Of a stretch of 64,000 nt of DNA, positions 41,165 through 51,642 are shown piece by piece. Both the position numbers and the translations under genes were made by a program. The stretch comes from a virus. Its lineage: Duplodnaviria; Caudoviricetes. Under the pieces are notes generated by a model. The model ran no database searches, was not told the DNA's origin, and saw only the letters and a list, made by a program, of their open reading frames with translations. The stretch is taken from positions 72,320 to 136,319 of IMG/VR virus record IMGVR_UViG_2974753081_000001; one strand, 5' to 3'. Within the stretch, counting starts at the first letter, position 1, and the number at the start of each line of letters is the position of its first letter.

Positions 41165-41845
41165 ATGACCACCACCGCCACCGTCCGCCCCATCGCCGGA
41201 GTCGACGCCAAGGACGGCCAGATCGGCTATGTCGAGGTCCTGCTCGCCGAGCGCAACTGGGCTGAGGCCACCCCCGCCACCTACGCGATGCGCGCTGGCG
41301 AGATCGCTGCCGCCATCCAGATCGTTCGCAACCCGGAGCTGGCTGCCAAGGCCGGTGCCACCGCTCCGTTCGACGGCGGCAAGCTCAACCAGGTGCTCCA
41401 CTTCGCCAACTCCAAGCCGCTGACCATCAAGGGCGCGAGCGCGCTGATCGACTGGCTGAAGACGGTGGAGCGCAAGGCCGCTCCGGCTCGCACCGCTCAC
41501 ACCCGTCCGGCCACCGCACTCCCCGAGGTCCCCGCCGGACGCTATGCCGTCGCCACCGACAAGGGCGCGATCAACGAGATCGCCTTCTACGTGGTCGACC
41601 GCCCGGAGACCGGCAAGTGGGCGGGCTACACCTTCGTCAAGCGCCTGGAGAGCGACACCGAGGTTCGCCTCGGTCGCGCGCAGGCCGCGACGGTGCTCGC
41701 CAAGATCGCCGCCGATCCCGCTGCTGCCAGCAAGCTCTACGGCCACGAGATCGGTGCCTGCGGCGTCTGCGGTCGCACCCTCACGAATGACGCCAGCCGC
41801 GAGGCCGGTATCGGTCCGAAGTGCCAGGCCAAGGCTGGCTGGTGA
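41165..41845 (+). CDS. DUF6011-domain zinc-binding protein
   Basis: C-terminal CGVCGRTLT...SREAGIGPKC. Confidence 0.8.
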   Translation: MTTTATVRPIAGVDAKDGQIGYVEVLLAERNWAEATPATYAMRAGEIAAAIQIVRNPELAAKAGATAPFDGGKLNQVLHFANSKPLTIKGASALIDWLKTVERKAAPARTAHTRPATALPEVPAGRYAVATDKGAINEIAFYVVDRPETGKWAGYTFVKRLESDTEVRLGRAQAATVLAKIAADPAAASKLYGHEIGACGVCGRTLTNDASREAGIGPKCQAKAGW

Positions 41846-41849
41846 CACC

Positions 41850-41878
41850 GAGGGACGGGGGCTCCGGCCCCCGCCCTC
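41850..41878 (+). terminator. Hairpin terminator
   Basis: GAGGG-A-CGGGGGC-TCCG-GCCCCCG-CCCTC. Confidence 0.65.
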
Positions 41879-42296
41879 TGACCCCAGGAGATGATCATGA
41901 ACGAGGTGTGGGCGGTCACCGAGTCCGGCTGCCCCGAGGAGTGCTGCAATTACGTGAGCGGGACCACCGTGGTGGCCCTGTTCGACAACAAACAGGCCGC
42001 TGACCAGCTAGCTGACCGCAAGGGCTACGGGTTCTACTCCCAGCGCCTGCGCGTCTACCACGCCCCCAGGGACGTGCCGGAGTACCTCCGCACGTGACGA
42101 GAAGGAGAACCTGAAGATGATGATCGAATGCCGTGTCCGCGCTGATGTGGACATCAAGAAGTGGGCCGAGCTGTACGACACCGACGGCCAAAAGATCTCT
42201 GAGGTCCGCAAGGACATCCGCACCTGGATGCGCGAGACGGTGATCGACGCGATGGAGGACGAGGGCTTGCTGCTGCTCGACCCCGACGGCAAGCCG

Positions 42297-42322
42297 GTAA
42301 CGAACCTGTTCGAGTAGCCGAT
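42297..42322 (+). promoter_or_regulatory. SigD-like promoter
   Basis: GTAACG-N17-GAT(AC). Confidence 0.7.
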
Positions 42323-42366
42323 ACCCACTTCGACCCCGACCAACCACCCCCGACCAAGGAGTCCCT

Positions 42367-43002
42367 ATGCCCATCCTGACCATCGACGGCATCGAGGTGA
42401 CGATGACCGTCGCCGAGTTTGTCGAGTACCAGCGGCTGTCGAAAGCCGAACCGCCCCCGACGCCCGAGCCGGAGCCTCGCAAGACCCGTGGCAGCTCGCG
42501 CAAGCGCAACGACGCCGAACGTCGTCGCATGGAGCTGCAGCGGCAGGGGTACGCCAACGTCACCAACCTGATGAGCACCATCGTGTTCGTGCATTCGGTG
42601 CTGGAGTATGTGGTGCCCGGCTCCGAGAGCTACGACATGGACGGTGTCGAGGGTCGGCACGGCTGGCTGCTCTCGCGCGAGTCGGGGGAGGTGAACCGGC
42701 TCAACCGCTATGTCTCGGTCGCGCGCTCGCTGCAGCCCGGCGTCGGCGAGTACCTCTGGCCCCCGGCCATCGCGGCGGCGCTCATCTGCATCGAGATCGA
42801 CTACGGCGTCGACACCGCCATTGCGGCCCAGGGCGCGCTGTCGCGGCGCGGCGTGATCACTGCGGTGGTGAAGCTGCACTCCAAGGCGTTCCTGAAGCTG
42901 TCGGAGCAGGATCGCGCCGCCGGTCACATCCGGCTGCACCGGAACCAGCAGATGGAGGTCTGGAGCGGCACCTATGACCTGCTCGTGAAGGCGGTGGAGT
43001 GA
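42367..43002 (+). CDS. Hypothetical protein
   Basis: Preceded by a SigD-like site and double CCCGACC. Confidence 0.7.
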   Translation: MPILTIDGIEVTMTVAEFVEYQRLSKAEPPPTPEPEPRKTRGSSRKRNDAERRRMELQRQGYANVTNLMSTIVFVHSVLEYVVPGSESYDMDGVEGRHGWLLSRESGEVNRLNRYVSVARSLQPGVGEYLWPPAIAAALICIEIDYGVDTAIAAQGALSRRGVITAVVKLHSKAFLKLSEQDRAAGHIRLHRNQQMEVWSGTYDLLVKAVE

Positions 43003-43018
43003 TGGCGGTCAGCAGGCA

Positions 43019-43044
43019 GTAACGCTCTGGCTCGCTCGGACGAT
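43019..43044 (+). promoter_or_regulatory. SigD-like promoter
   Basis: GTAACG-N17-GAT(GTAC). Confidence 0.7.
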
Positions 43045-43745
43045 GTACTGGGCAGGCCATCCCGACCGAAGGAGAGAACATGGCAGAACAAGGCGACCCC
43101 GCTCAGGTCCTCAGCGGCCTCGGGGTCGGCGGCATGCGCCCACTCGCGGCGCTGGAGGAGTCGCGGCAGGCAGGCGAGGGCTTTCAGGCCATCGCCGCCT
43201 TTGTCGATTGGCTGCGAAACAACGGCATGGGTATCGGGCTGCGCCCCGTGCTCCCCGACGCCCGGTTGATCCCGCTGACGGACCCGGCGGAGGACTTCGC
43301 TGCTGCGTTCTACGACATCGACATCGAGGCACTACATGCCGATCGTGCCGAGTACATCTATCGGCAGCAGGCAGCTCGCGGCGGTCGGCTGTGACTGGTC
43401 ACTGCTCGGCCCCCATCGAGCACCGGGTGTTCTGCTACAACGGCGCGGAGGCCCGCCCCATCGAGGACTTCCGGCTCTGGAGCGACGACGAAGCCCCCAC
43501 CCACCAGGTGGAGGCACAGGACGTGCGGGTCGGCGACTGGATTGTTGCCACCACCCCTTACGATTCGTCGCGATCCAAGCGTCCATTCCGGGAGTACAGG
43601 GTCACCCAGACTCTCGCGCGCGAGGGCGCGGTGACTCTGGTGATGCACATCGGCTACGGACTCCGCCTCGGCCACAACTACGACGTCCACATTCAGCTTC
43701 ACCCCACCGACCTGATCTGGGTCTATCGAATCCCGAGGAGTACAG

Positions 43746-44489
43746 ATGAGCAAGAAGACCGTGCGCTTCGCCGAGCCGACCGTGATGGTGGCTTCGTACA
43801 GCCAGCCGAACCCTGAGCTGCGAGACATCCTCGGCGAGGTGAACGTCCCGGCGCTGCAGGTGGTCCCGGAGTTCGCCGGACGCGCGTGCTACCAGAGCTG
43901 GGACAAGCCCAACCCGGCGACCGCTACCAACGCGGGGTACCTGGCGAACATCATCAAGCAGAAGCACTTCAGCGTGATCGAGCACAGCTCCATCGGGTTC
44001 TACATCCAGGGCGTCTCGCGCTCGCTGACCCACGAGCTGGTCCGGCACCGGCACTTCTCCTACAGCCAGCTGAGTCAGCGGTATGTCGACAGCTCCGACG
44101 TCGGGTTCGTGCTGCCGCCGGACTTCGAGGGCGACGACGAAGCGATCGAGGTGTTCCGCGCGGACTGCGAGGACCGGCTGGAGATGTACCAGTGGTTCCA
44201 GGACCATCAGGCCAAGAAGGGCCTCGGCAAGAAGGCCACCCGACAGTCGGCTCGGTCGGTGCTGCCCAACGCCACCGAGACCAAGCTGGTGATGACCGGC
44301 AACCTTCGGGCCTGGATGGAGTTCATGGTCAAGCGCGACAACCCCGCCGCCGACGTCGAGATTCAGCGGTTGGCCCGCATGATCGGTCTGCACCTCGGCA
44401 CCCTGGCCCCGAGCGTGTTCGGCAGCGAGGCCCGCCCGCTCTGGGACGAGTTCCTGCGCGAGGCCGCTCAGCACGAGGCTCGGCAATGA
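43746..44489 (+). CDS. thyX: Flavin-dependent thymidylate synthase
   Basis: EFAGRACYQS, H.SV.EH, RSLTHELVRHRHFSYSQLSQRY, ARSVLPNATET. Confidence 0.97.
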   Translation: MSKKTVRFAEPTVMVASYSQPNPELRDILGEVNVPALQVVPEFAGRACYQSWDKPNPATATNAGYLANIIKQKHFSVIEHSSIGFYIQGVSRSLTHELVRHRHFSYSQLSQRYVDSSDVGFVLPPDFEGDDEAIEVFRADCEDRLEMYQWFQDHQAKKGLGKKATRQSARSVLPNATETKLVMTGNLRAWMEFMVKRDNPAADVEIQRLARMIGLHLGTLAPSVFGSEARPLWDEFLREAAQHEARQ

Positions 44490-45600
44490 ACGGCATGGAC
44501 CGGCTGATCTCGGCGCACCGCTACGACGAGCAGAAGAAGCCCGTCTGGGCGCAGCGGCCCCGTCCGTCCTGGCGTGGCGACCCTGACGAATCCAATGACT
44601 ACGAGTTCGACCCGGAGTTCGAGCACGAGCTGGTCTTCTACGGCACCGACGGAAGGTTCCCGCTCTGATGGATAACGACACCCCACTGACGACTCAGCGG
44701 GACATCGACCGCGCCTGGGACCTGTTGTTGGCCGCGCTCGACCGTGCGGGGGTTCCCCACGACAACTGGGCGCTGGTGCCGGGCAAGTACTGCGCTCCCC
44801 GCTTCGAGGATCGGTGCTGGCTGATCGTCTCCGGCGCTGACGTCGTACTTGACCTCGGCGTGTCCAAGGCATCGGCGTATCGGGCGCTGCTCGGTATGCG
44901 CTTCGGCGTCAAGCTGGCCCAGGAGAACTGATGCTCACCGACCCCGACCGCCGCAAGAAGGAATCCGACGCCGACTACGCAGCTCGCTGTGCCCGCTGGC
45001 ACCGCTGGTCCTCGCAGGAGCCCACCGTCGATCTCTGGCTGGTGGACGACACCGAGGTGGCCGAGTACCGCGCGTGGGCCGGGACGACCGGCCTGCACCG
45101 ACGCCGCGTTGAGGAACTGATGGAGATGGCCCGATGACCCCTGAACGTCGCTACTACGAGATCGCGCCCGAAGTGGCTGCCCTGATCGCCGACTGGGAGG
45201 AGCGCATCCTGCCGCTGGTCCGGTCGCGATACCAGGGCACCGCCGAGGGCAAAGCACAGGAAGCCAGGCGTCTGGCCCGCAACCGCGACCAGGAGGCATT
45301 GCTGCTCCCAGCCGACCCCACGTGGTCGAAAACCTCGCGTGCGAGCGGCAACGCGCCGCGCCGGGTGATCGTCGGCAGTGTGTGGGCCGGACACCCCGAG
45401 GAGAGCTGGGGCAAGCGCCACAGCGACAAGCTGAATCCGTCCCAGGACTGGGGCGACTGGATTCTGGATGGCCACGAAGACTGGACCGTCCTCTGCTCGG
45501 TCAAAGATGTCCAGACTGGAAACCGGCAGAGCAAAGTCAACCCGGACTTCGTCGTGACCGCCGATGAGCCGCTGTACGCACAACTGCTGGAAGGCATGAG

Positions 45601-46014
45601 ATGAGCGACCAGAAGATCACCGCCGAAGAGCGCGAGCTGGCCGAGAAGATCGGCCTGGCTCCGCAGCCGGACCCTATCCACAACGATCTGCCGAGCGCGC
45701 ACGACCTGGTGATCGGATCGATCAAGGAGCACTTCGACCTCCGAGCAGAGCCGGAGCTGACCGATGCCGCACTGCGCCGGATGTACAACGACCTGCTGGA
45801 GATGTACGTCGTGCTCAGCGGTGGCGCGCGTCCAGCGATCAAGGAGCTGCGCGCTCGCAAGGAGTTTGGCCTGCGCAAGTACGGCACCCCTCTCCAGCCG
45901 CACAACGGCAGGGATCAGGTCGGCGACGCTCGCGATGAGATGGGCGACCTGCTGGTGTATGTCGTTTGCGAAATCTACGAGGGCATGTACCCGAAGGAGG
46001 GGAGCGGTGAATAA
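45601..46014 (+). CDS. Possible MazG-like dNTP pyrophosphohydrolase
   Basis: R..FG..KYGT.LQ..NGRD...DA.DE..D...Y helical acidic motif. Confidence 0.4.
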   Translation: MSDQKITAEERELAEKIGLAPQPDPIHNDLPSAHDLVIGSIKEHFDLRAEPELTDAALRRMYNDLLEMYVVLSGGARPAIKELRARKEFGLRKYGTPLQPHNGRDQVGDARDEMGDLLVYVVCEIYEGMYPKEGSGE

Positions 46015-46331
46015 CGACGACTTCGAAACCGTGGGACGGCTGCTCGCCAATGTTCGGGAGATGGTCGCGGGGCTCGGTCGCCCCGGCCACGACCGCCCCT
46101 TCGTCTCGCTGATGCTGCGCGAGGACGACGGCGTCACGCTGCAGGTGCTCCGCCTAGACCCGGACCAGTTCCCCGAGTTCCGCCACCCGCGCTCACCGGT
46201 CCGGGTGTCGCACATCCGCGACGAGGATGGCTCTGTTGTCGTGGTGCTCGCGTGCAAGCGCGGCGAGCTGCTCGACGTGCTGCAGACCACGCTCGCCTAT
46301 CTGCTGCTCCGCCCCGAGGACCGGGAGGGAC

Positions 46332-46382
46332 TTGCTAGCTGATCTATACGTGTGTATATTGAGTGGTGTTAGAGGCACAGCC
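46332..46382 (+). promoter_or_regulatory. SigA-type promoter cassette 5
   Basis: TTGCTA-N17-TATATT, TATAC-GT-GTGTA, GGC-ACA-GCC. Confidence 0.8.
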
Positions 46383-46406
46383 CACACCCTCACCGAGGAG
46401 ATCGAC

Positions 46407-46562
46407 ATGTACGCACCCGCACCCACCGCCCGCGAGGCCGCATGGGACGCCGCGATGGACATCCACGACACCGTGAGCGAGGACGGCCACACCTGCGGCT
46501 GCGGCCAGGATGTCGCCGAGTGCCAGTTCGATCTCAGCCACCTGGAGGACCCCGAGGACTGA
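46407..46562 (+). CDS. Small acidic Cys-containing protein
   Basis: GAGGAG RBS after cassette 5. Confidence 0.65.
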   Translation: MYAPAPTAREAAWDAAMDIHDTVSEDGHTCGCGQDVAECQFDLSHLEDPED

Positions 46563-46809
46563 TGAGCTTCAACTACACCAAGCCGCAACTCACGAAGGGA
46601 GACCCGGAGACCTACTGGCACTGCTGGTGGTTCCTCGGGTGCCCCGAGTGTGGTACGAAAAAATACCGAACCCAGGAGATGCGGTCCTCCGCTCTCACCC
46701 AATTCCATCACCGGCACGGCGCTACCAAGCAGTGGACCGTCGAGCTGCCTGCTCCACTATCCGGCTTCAAGCCCCCGACCTAAGGCCCCAGGCCACCAAG
46801 GAGAAAATC

Positions 46810-47331
46810 ATGACCGCCTTCGAGAACCGCCACGGGTTCACTCTGCATCGCACCCCCAGCCACGGCGATTTCGACCGCAAGACCAACACCGTGTTCGACG
46901 AGAATGTGGACCGGTGGGTGAACGCCGATGCGTTCTATGCCCACTACGGCATCGATGCACCGACCTACACCGACGCCGACACCCGCATGCCGTTCCGCAA
47001 GGCGTTCGCGATCGTCGTGGGCTCGGTGGCCGCGTTCCTGGTCTTGCTCGCGCTGACCGGCGGTCTCGGAGGCGGGCACGACGACACCTCGGAGCCGGTG
47101 ACCAAGGCCGACCGATTCCTCGCGCAGATGGAGGAGGAGGAGATCGCCAACACCCGTGGCGACACCGGGCAGCTGGAGGCCGGGTTCTGGATTTGCGGCC
47201 TGGCTCAGGACGGCTACTCCTATAACGAGATCGTCAACACCGTCTCCGACAACTCGCCGGGGCTCGGCTACGGCAAGTCGATGGTGCTGGTGTCCTACGC
47301 CATTGAGATCCTCTGCCCGCAGTACAGCTGA
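46810..47331 (+). CDS. DUF732-like membrane protein
   Basis: Central TM, D.FL...G..IC...LCP. Confidence 0.7.
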   Translation: MTAFENRHGFTLHRTPSHGDFDRKTNTVFDENVDRWVNADAFYAHYGIDAPTYTDADTRMPFRKAFAIVVGSVAAFLVLLALTGGLGGGHDDTSEPVTKADRFLAQMEEEEIANTRGDTGQLEAGFWICGLAQDGYSYNEIVNTVSDNSPGLGYGKSMVLVSYAIEILCPQYS

Positions 47332-47345
47332 GATACGATGGCCGC

Positions 47346-48104
47346 ATGGCCGAACTGAAGTGGCTAGGGCCACCCGGCAGCGGCAACTCCGCAGAGGTCA
47401 TCACCCGCGACGACGTCACTGCCAAGAAGGGCACCGCGATGTCGGCTGCCCAGATCGACGCCCAGATCAGTGCCGCGCTCACCGGCTACTCACTGAAGAC
47501 CTACGTCGACTCGCAGGACTCGCCCAAGGCGCTGCTGTCGTATGTGAACTCGCGCGACGCGACCAAGCTCACTCGCGAAATGCGCGGTGCTCCGAACGGC
47601 GCTCTGCCCCTGGACGCCAGCGGCATGATCCCCAAGGCGTACCTGAACAACAACTACCCCGCCTTCAACAAGGCGGTCCGGGGCTACTACTCCCCGGCGA
47701 GCTACGTCTCGACCAACTGGACCTCGCTCACCACTCAGAACGCCCAGAAGCTCTGCGCCGACATCACCATCCCCGACCCCGGCTATCCGTACCTGATCAT
47801 CCCGTATGGCTACTGGGAGTGTCAGGTCAACTCGGCCTCGGGCGACAACACCTACCCGGAGATCAACGTCCGCGTCGGCACGCGCGTGATCGGTCGCGGC
47901 GTGGGCGCGCTCAACATCATCGAGCCGCACAACTGCACCATCGGCCCCTACGACACCGTCGGCACGCCATTCACCGGCACCCAGACGGTGACCTGCCACG
48001 GCGGGCGCTGGAGGCCGTCTGGCTCCAACACCACGTCCATCAGCATCTTCGGGGCATCGACGGCCACCCCGCCCAAGCTGATCCTGTTCCTGGCTGCCGC
48101 GTGA
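47346..48104 (+). CDS. Fibre / minor structural protein paralog A
   Basis: KTYVDSQD, GAPNGALPLDASGMIP fibre-type motifs. Confidence 0.65.
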   Translation: MAELKWLGPPGSGNSAEVITRDDVTAKKGTAMSAAQIDAQISAALTGYSLKTYVDSQDSPKALLSYVNSRDATKLTREMRGAPNGALPLDASGMIPKAYLNNNYPAFNKAVRGYYSPASYVSTNWTSLTTQNAQKLCADITIPDPGYPYLIIPYGYWECQVNSASGDNTYPEINVRVGTRVIGRGVGALNIIEPHNCTIGPYDTVGTPFTGTQTVTCHGGRWRPSGSNTTSISIFGASTATPPKLILFLAAA

Positions 48105-48111
48105 GGTCGAC

Positions 48112-48855
48112 ATGGCGAAGCTGAAGAACGTCGGCGCGTACCCGAACACCGAGGACTCGCTCGGGCGCACCGACTTCATGAACACGACGTTCTCCGACCG
48201 AGGCGTGGTGCCCGCCGACGTCACCGCTGCGATGGATCAGGCCAAGGCCCCGCTCGCGCTGAAGACCTACATCGACGCCCAGGACGCGCTGTACACCACC
48301 AAGAGCTACGCCGACACCCAGGACAACCTGCTCATCGATGCCAGCCAGCTCGGGGCGTCCAACGGCATCGCCCAGCTCGGAGCCAACAGCAAGGTCACCG
48401 CGTCGGCTCTGCCACTGGCCGCAACCGTCCGGTCGCACAACTTCACCTACGGCACGATCAAGACGGTCTCCAGCGCGGGCGTCTACTGCACCAGCTTCAC
48501 CGTCCCCAACCCAGGGTTCCGGTGGCAGCCGCTGTGGTCGGGGTGGACGATGTCGCGCTACTACGCCTCGCCCTACTGCTTTCCGGGCGTCTCGATCCGC
48601 GACAGCACCGGCAAGTGGGTGGCCCGAGGCTACGGATCGGGGCGCAACCTCAACGAGTGGTATCCCACCCCAATCACCAACACCCGCTATGAGACCGCTC
48701 CGCCGATCTGGTACGACGGCTCGGAGACGTTCGATCTGTACTACACCCGCGAGTACGGCACCGGGCAGGTTCAGGTCGGCCACCTGTACTCGTGGTTCCA
48801 GTGCATGGTCGTCGCCGCAGCCAGCTCCACCACATCGCCGGTCGTCATCACGTAG
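48112..48855 (+). CDS. Fibre / minor structural protein paralog B
   Basis: KTYIDAQD, KSYADTQD, GASNGIAQLGANSKV. Confidence 0.65.
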   Translation: MAKLKNVGAYPNTEDSLGRTDFMNTTFSDRGVVPADVTAAMDQAKAPLALKTYIDAQDALYTTKSYADTQDNLLIDASQLGASNGIAQLGANSKVTASALPLAATVRSHNFTYGTIKTVSSAGVYCTSFTVPNPGFRWQPLWSGWTMSRYYASPYCFPGVSIRDSTGKWVARGYGSGRNLNEWYPTPITNTRYETAPPIWYDGSETFDLYYTREYGTGQVQVGHLYSWFQCMVVAAASSTTSPVVIT

Positions 48856-48865
48856 GAGGACATCC

Positions 48866-49636
48866 ATGCCCGCTCTCCGTAGCGTCGGCCCCGTCCCGGT
48901 CTCGGGCAACGGTCTGGTCACCCGTGGCACCGCCGACGCCATGCTCACCGGCATGGTGGGACATGACGTTCTCGCCTCGAAGGTGGATGCCGCTGTCGCG
49001 CCGTATGCGCAGAAGTCCTACGTCGACACCCAGGACGGCTTGCTCGCGACCAAGGCCCAGGTGGACGCTGGGGACGCGCTGCTGATGCCGACCAGCTGGA
49101 AGAACGCCGCCAACGGCGTCTGCGGTCTCTCCGGCACCGACCTGCCGACCGCCAGGGTTCCTCGGGTTCCGGTGCTGCCCACCATCTTCCAGCGGTCCTG
49201 GTACTACAACGACTTCACCCCGCTCGCCGCCAACGTCGGTGCTGAGGGTGAGATTGTCATCCTGAATGCTTCGATGCAGCTGCCCTCGAATGATCCGAGC
49301 GTCTACTACCGATTCATGTGTTTTGGCAACTTCGAGGGGTGGGCGCTCTCCGGCTCTGCCCCCTACAACAACCTCAGCGGCAAGCCGGTTTTCCGCGTGT
49401 ATGTCAACGGCTACCTGTGCGGATACGGAGCGGGGCGCAATGGCGCGGGCTCGGCAGCTCCGTCTCCAGTGCCGGTGACCCCGGTCGCCGACAACCTCGG
49501 GCACGTGCCGGGTACCGGATGGACGAACAGCACCGCGACGGTGCGCGTCACCATCGCCTCGGCGTTTGCGAGCACGATGGTCAAGTACGACCCGACGCCG
49601 CAGACGCTGCTGACGATCATCGTCGTATCTGCGTAG
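48866..49636 (+). CDS. Fibre / minor structural protein paralog C
   Basis: KSYVDTQD, NAANGVCGL; AGGAGG RBS. Confidence 0.65.
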   Translation: MPALRSVGPVPVSGNGLVTRGTADAMLTGMVGHDVLASKVDAAVAPYAQKSYVDTQDGLLATKAQVDAGDALLMPTSWKNAANGVCGLSGTDLPTARVPRVPVLPTIFQRSWYYNDFTPLAANVGAEGEIVILNASMQLPSNDPSVYYRFMCFGNFEGWALSGSAPYNNLSGKPVFRVYVNGYLCGYGAGRNGAGSAAPSPVPVTPVADNLGHVPGTGWTNSTATVRVTIASAFASTMVKYDPTPQTLLTIIVVSA

Positions 49637-49639
49637 GGC

Positions 49640-49691
49640 TTGCACTAAACGCTACACGTGTGTATATTCGTAGGTGTTAGGGACGCAGTCC
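49640..49691 (+). promoter_or_regulatory. SigA-type promoter cassette 6
   Basis: TTGCAC-N17-TATATT, TACAC-GT-GTGTA, GGAC-GCA-GTCC. Confidence 0.85.
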
Positions 49692-49715
49692 ACCACCCCC
49701 ACGAAGGGACCTCCG

Positions 49716-50651
49716 ATGACCACCACCGCTACCCGCAAGCACACCCGCAAGCCGATGTCGGCTGCCAAGCGCGAGCAGGCCGCTGCCGCCCGCAAGGAGC
49801 AGGCCGAGGCGCTGCAGGCCGGACTCGCCGCCCAGGTCGCCGAGATGGCTTCGGGTGCCGCGTGGCGCGACTACCTGGACTTCGCGGGCAACTTCCACCG
49901 CTACTCGCTGCGGAACACGCTGCTCATCATGGTTCAGCACCCCACCGCCACCTCGGTCGCCGGATACAAGGCGTGGCAGGAGCGCGGTCGCCAGGTCATC
50001 AAGGGCGAGAAGGCCATCCGCATCTATGGCTTCGCTCAGAAGAAGGTCGAGGACGAGGTGACCAAGGAGGTCACCTACCAGACCTACTTCCCCATCGTCT
50101 CGGTGTTCGCCGAGGACCAGACCGCGCCGATTACCGACGACATGATCGCCGACATCCGCAAGGCCAACCCGAAGGCGATCACGTTCGCCGAGGCTCCGGT
50201 CAACCCGACCCAACGCCTGCAGGGCACCGATGACACCGACATCCTCGGGCGCGTCGCGGCGTTCGTGGAGGGCAACGGCTGGGAGTTCGCCATCGAGGCC
50301 GTCGGCGGCGGAGCCAACGGGTTCACCACCATCGACGGCACCAAGCGCGTCGTGGTCGAGGCCAACCTGGCTCCGGCGCAGCAGGCCAAGACCGCGCTGC
50401 ACGAGGCCGCGCACATGATCCTCCACACCGACGAGGAGGGCATGGTTCTGGACCGCGCCACCAAGGAGCTGGAGGCCGAGAGCGCCAGCTACGTCGCCTC
50501 CAAGATGCTCGGCCTGGACTCCGAGGGCTACAGCATCGGGTACCTCACCGGCTGGAGCCAGGGCAACCCCGACGCGGTGAAGGCGACCGCCGAGCGGGTC
50601 CTGAAGGCCGCGCACCGGATCATCGAGGCGTTGGACCCCACCGACGACTGA
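49716..50651 (+). CDS. ArdC-like ssDNA-binding antirestriction protein with zincin-like domain
   Basis: FHRYSLRNTLLI.Q.PTAT.VAGYKAW..RGRQV.KGEKAI; HEAAH...ELEAES..Y. Confidence 0.85.
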   Translation: MTTTATRKHTRKPMSAAKREQAAAARKEQAEALQAGLAAQVAEMASGAAWRDYLDFAGNFHRYSLRNTLLIMVQHPTATSVAGYKAWQERGRQVIKGEKAIRIYGFAQKKVEDEVTKEVTYQTYFPIVSVFAEDQTAPITDDMIADIRKANPKAITFAEAPVNPTQRLQGTDDTDILGRVAAFVEGNGWEFAIEAVGGGANGFTTIDGTKRVVVEANLAPAQQAKTALHEAAHMILHTDEEGMVLDRATKELEAESASYVASKMLGLDSEGYSIGYLTGWSQGNPDAVKATAERVLKAAHRIIEALDPTDD

Positions 50652-50668
50652 CCGACCCGGCGGGGGCT

Positions 50669-50694
50669 GTAACGAATCGGCCCCCGCCACCGAT
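50669..50694 (+). promoter_or_regulatory. SigD-like promoter overlapping a hairpin
   Basis: GTAACG-N17-GAT; the -35 sits in the loop of GGCGGGGGC/GCCCCCGCC. Confidence 0.7.
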
Positions 50695-50723
50695 CACCCA
50701 CCACCCCGACCAAGGAGAAAATC

Positions 50724-51203
50724 ATGGACTTCGCCACCGCACTCACCCTGTCGATCAACGAGGAGTGGGGTCGTCACGTCGCGGCCAACGAACGACTGGG
50801 CGGACTGCCGTCGACACCGCGCGACGTGTTCGCTCTCACCTGCGCCAATTTCATCATCGCCGCGCGCGTCCATTCCATGTGCGAGTTTCCCGACGACACC
50901 ACCTACGGCACGTTCTACAACTGCCGCGAGTACGGCGTGACCTACCATCGGCGCGGCTGGACGTTCGCGCTCTACGAGCACCGCAACTCCGACCAGATCA
51001 TTCTCAACGGCTGCCCCGACCCCGAGGTGCAGAGCTACGGGCCGTATGGCGACGTGGACGACAAGCACAACTACTTCGTTGCGCTCGGCCCCGAGGACTA
51101 CTGGCCCGCTGCGGACGCACTGAAGCAGGCGCTGTCCGTTGCGAGCCCCGCCCTGACTCGGCAGGAGATGAAGGACCTGTTCGACTCGGACTTCGCACGC
51201 TAG
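50724..51203 (+). CDS. Hypothetical protein
   Basis: N.RE.G...EHRNSD pattern; SigD-like site and CCCGACC upstream. Confidence 0.7.
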   Translation: MDFATALTLSINEEWGRHVAANERLGGLPSTPRDVFALTCANFIIAARVHSMCEFPDDTTYGTFYNCREYGVTYHRRGWTFALYEHRNSDQIILNGCPDPEVQSYGPYGDVDDKHNYFVALGPEDYWPAADALKQALSVASPALTRQEMKDLFDSDFAR

Positions 51204-51558
51204 GCTCCCAACACCCCCGACCGAAAGGCTGTCCCGATGATCACTCCCACCCCTGGCAACAAGGTCCTGGAATCGCCGGACGGCGTGCCCTACGACCGCG
51301 TCCTGCATGCGTTCCTGGACACCCGGCACGTGGCCGTCGACTCCGAGGGCAAACCCGTGGGTCCAACCATGGGCGACCCGTTCGACCGCTGCATGATCCC
51401 CGTCGCGGTCTCAATGGACGTCTGCGACCACTCGACGGCGATCTGCAACGGCTGCCTGCAGGAGTGGGCCATCGACTACGACTTCGCCGAGCTGACCGTA
51501 TCCTGACGGGGACCGGGGGCTGCTGGAAATAAAAATCCGGCAACCCCCGGCTTTGGAC

Positions 51559-51619
51559 TTGCATCATTCCCTACACGTGTGTATATTTAGTGGTGTCAGG
51601 AAGACCAAGGCCGCAGGCC
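51559..51619 (+). promoter_or_regulatory. SigA-type promoter cassette 7
   Basis: TTGCAT-N17-TATATT; 59 bp (51571-51629) identical to cassette 9. Confidence 0.85.
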
Positions 51620-51642
51620 ACCAACACCCCACGGAGGACAAC

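Noticed and set aside
47346-49636. Diversity-generating retroelement or invertible fibre cassette
   Set aside because: No reverse transcriptase, TR/VR pair, invertase or inverted orientation in the window
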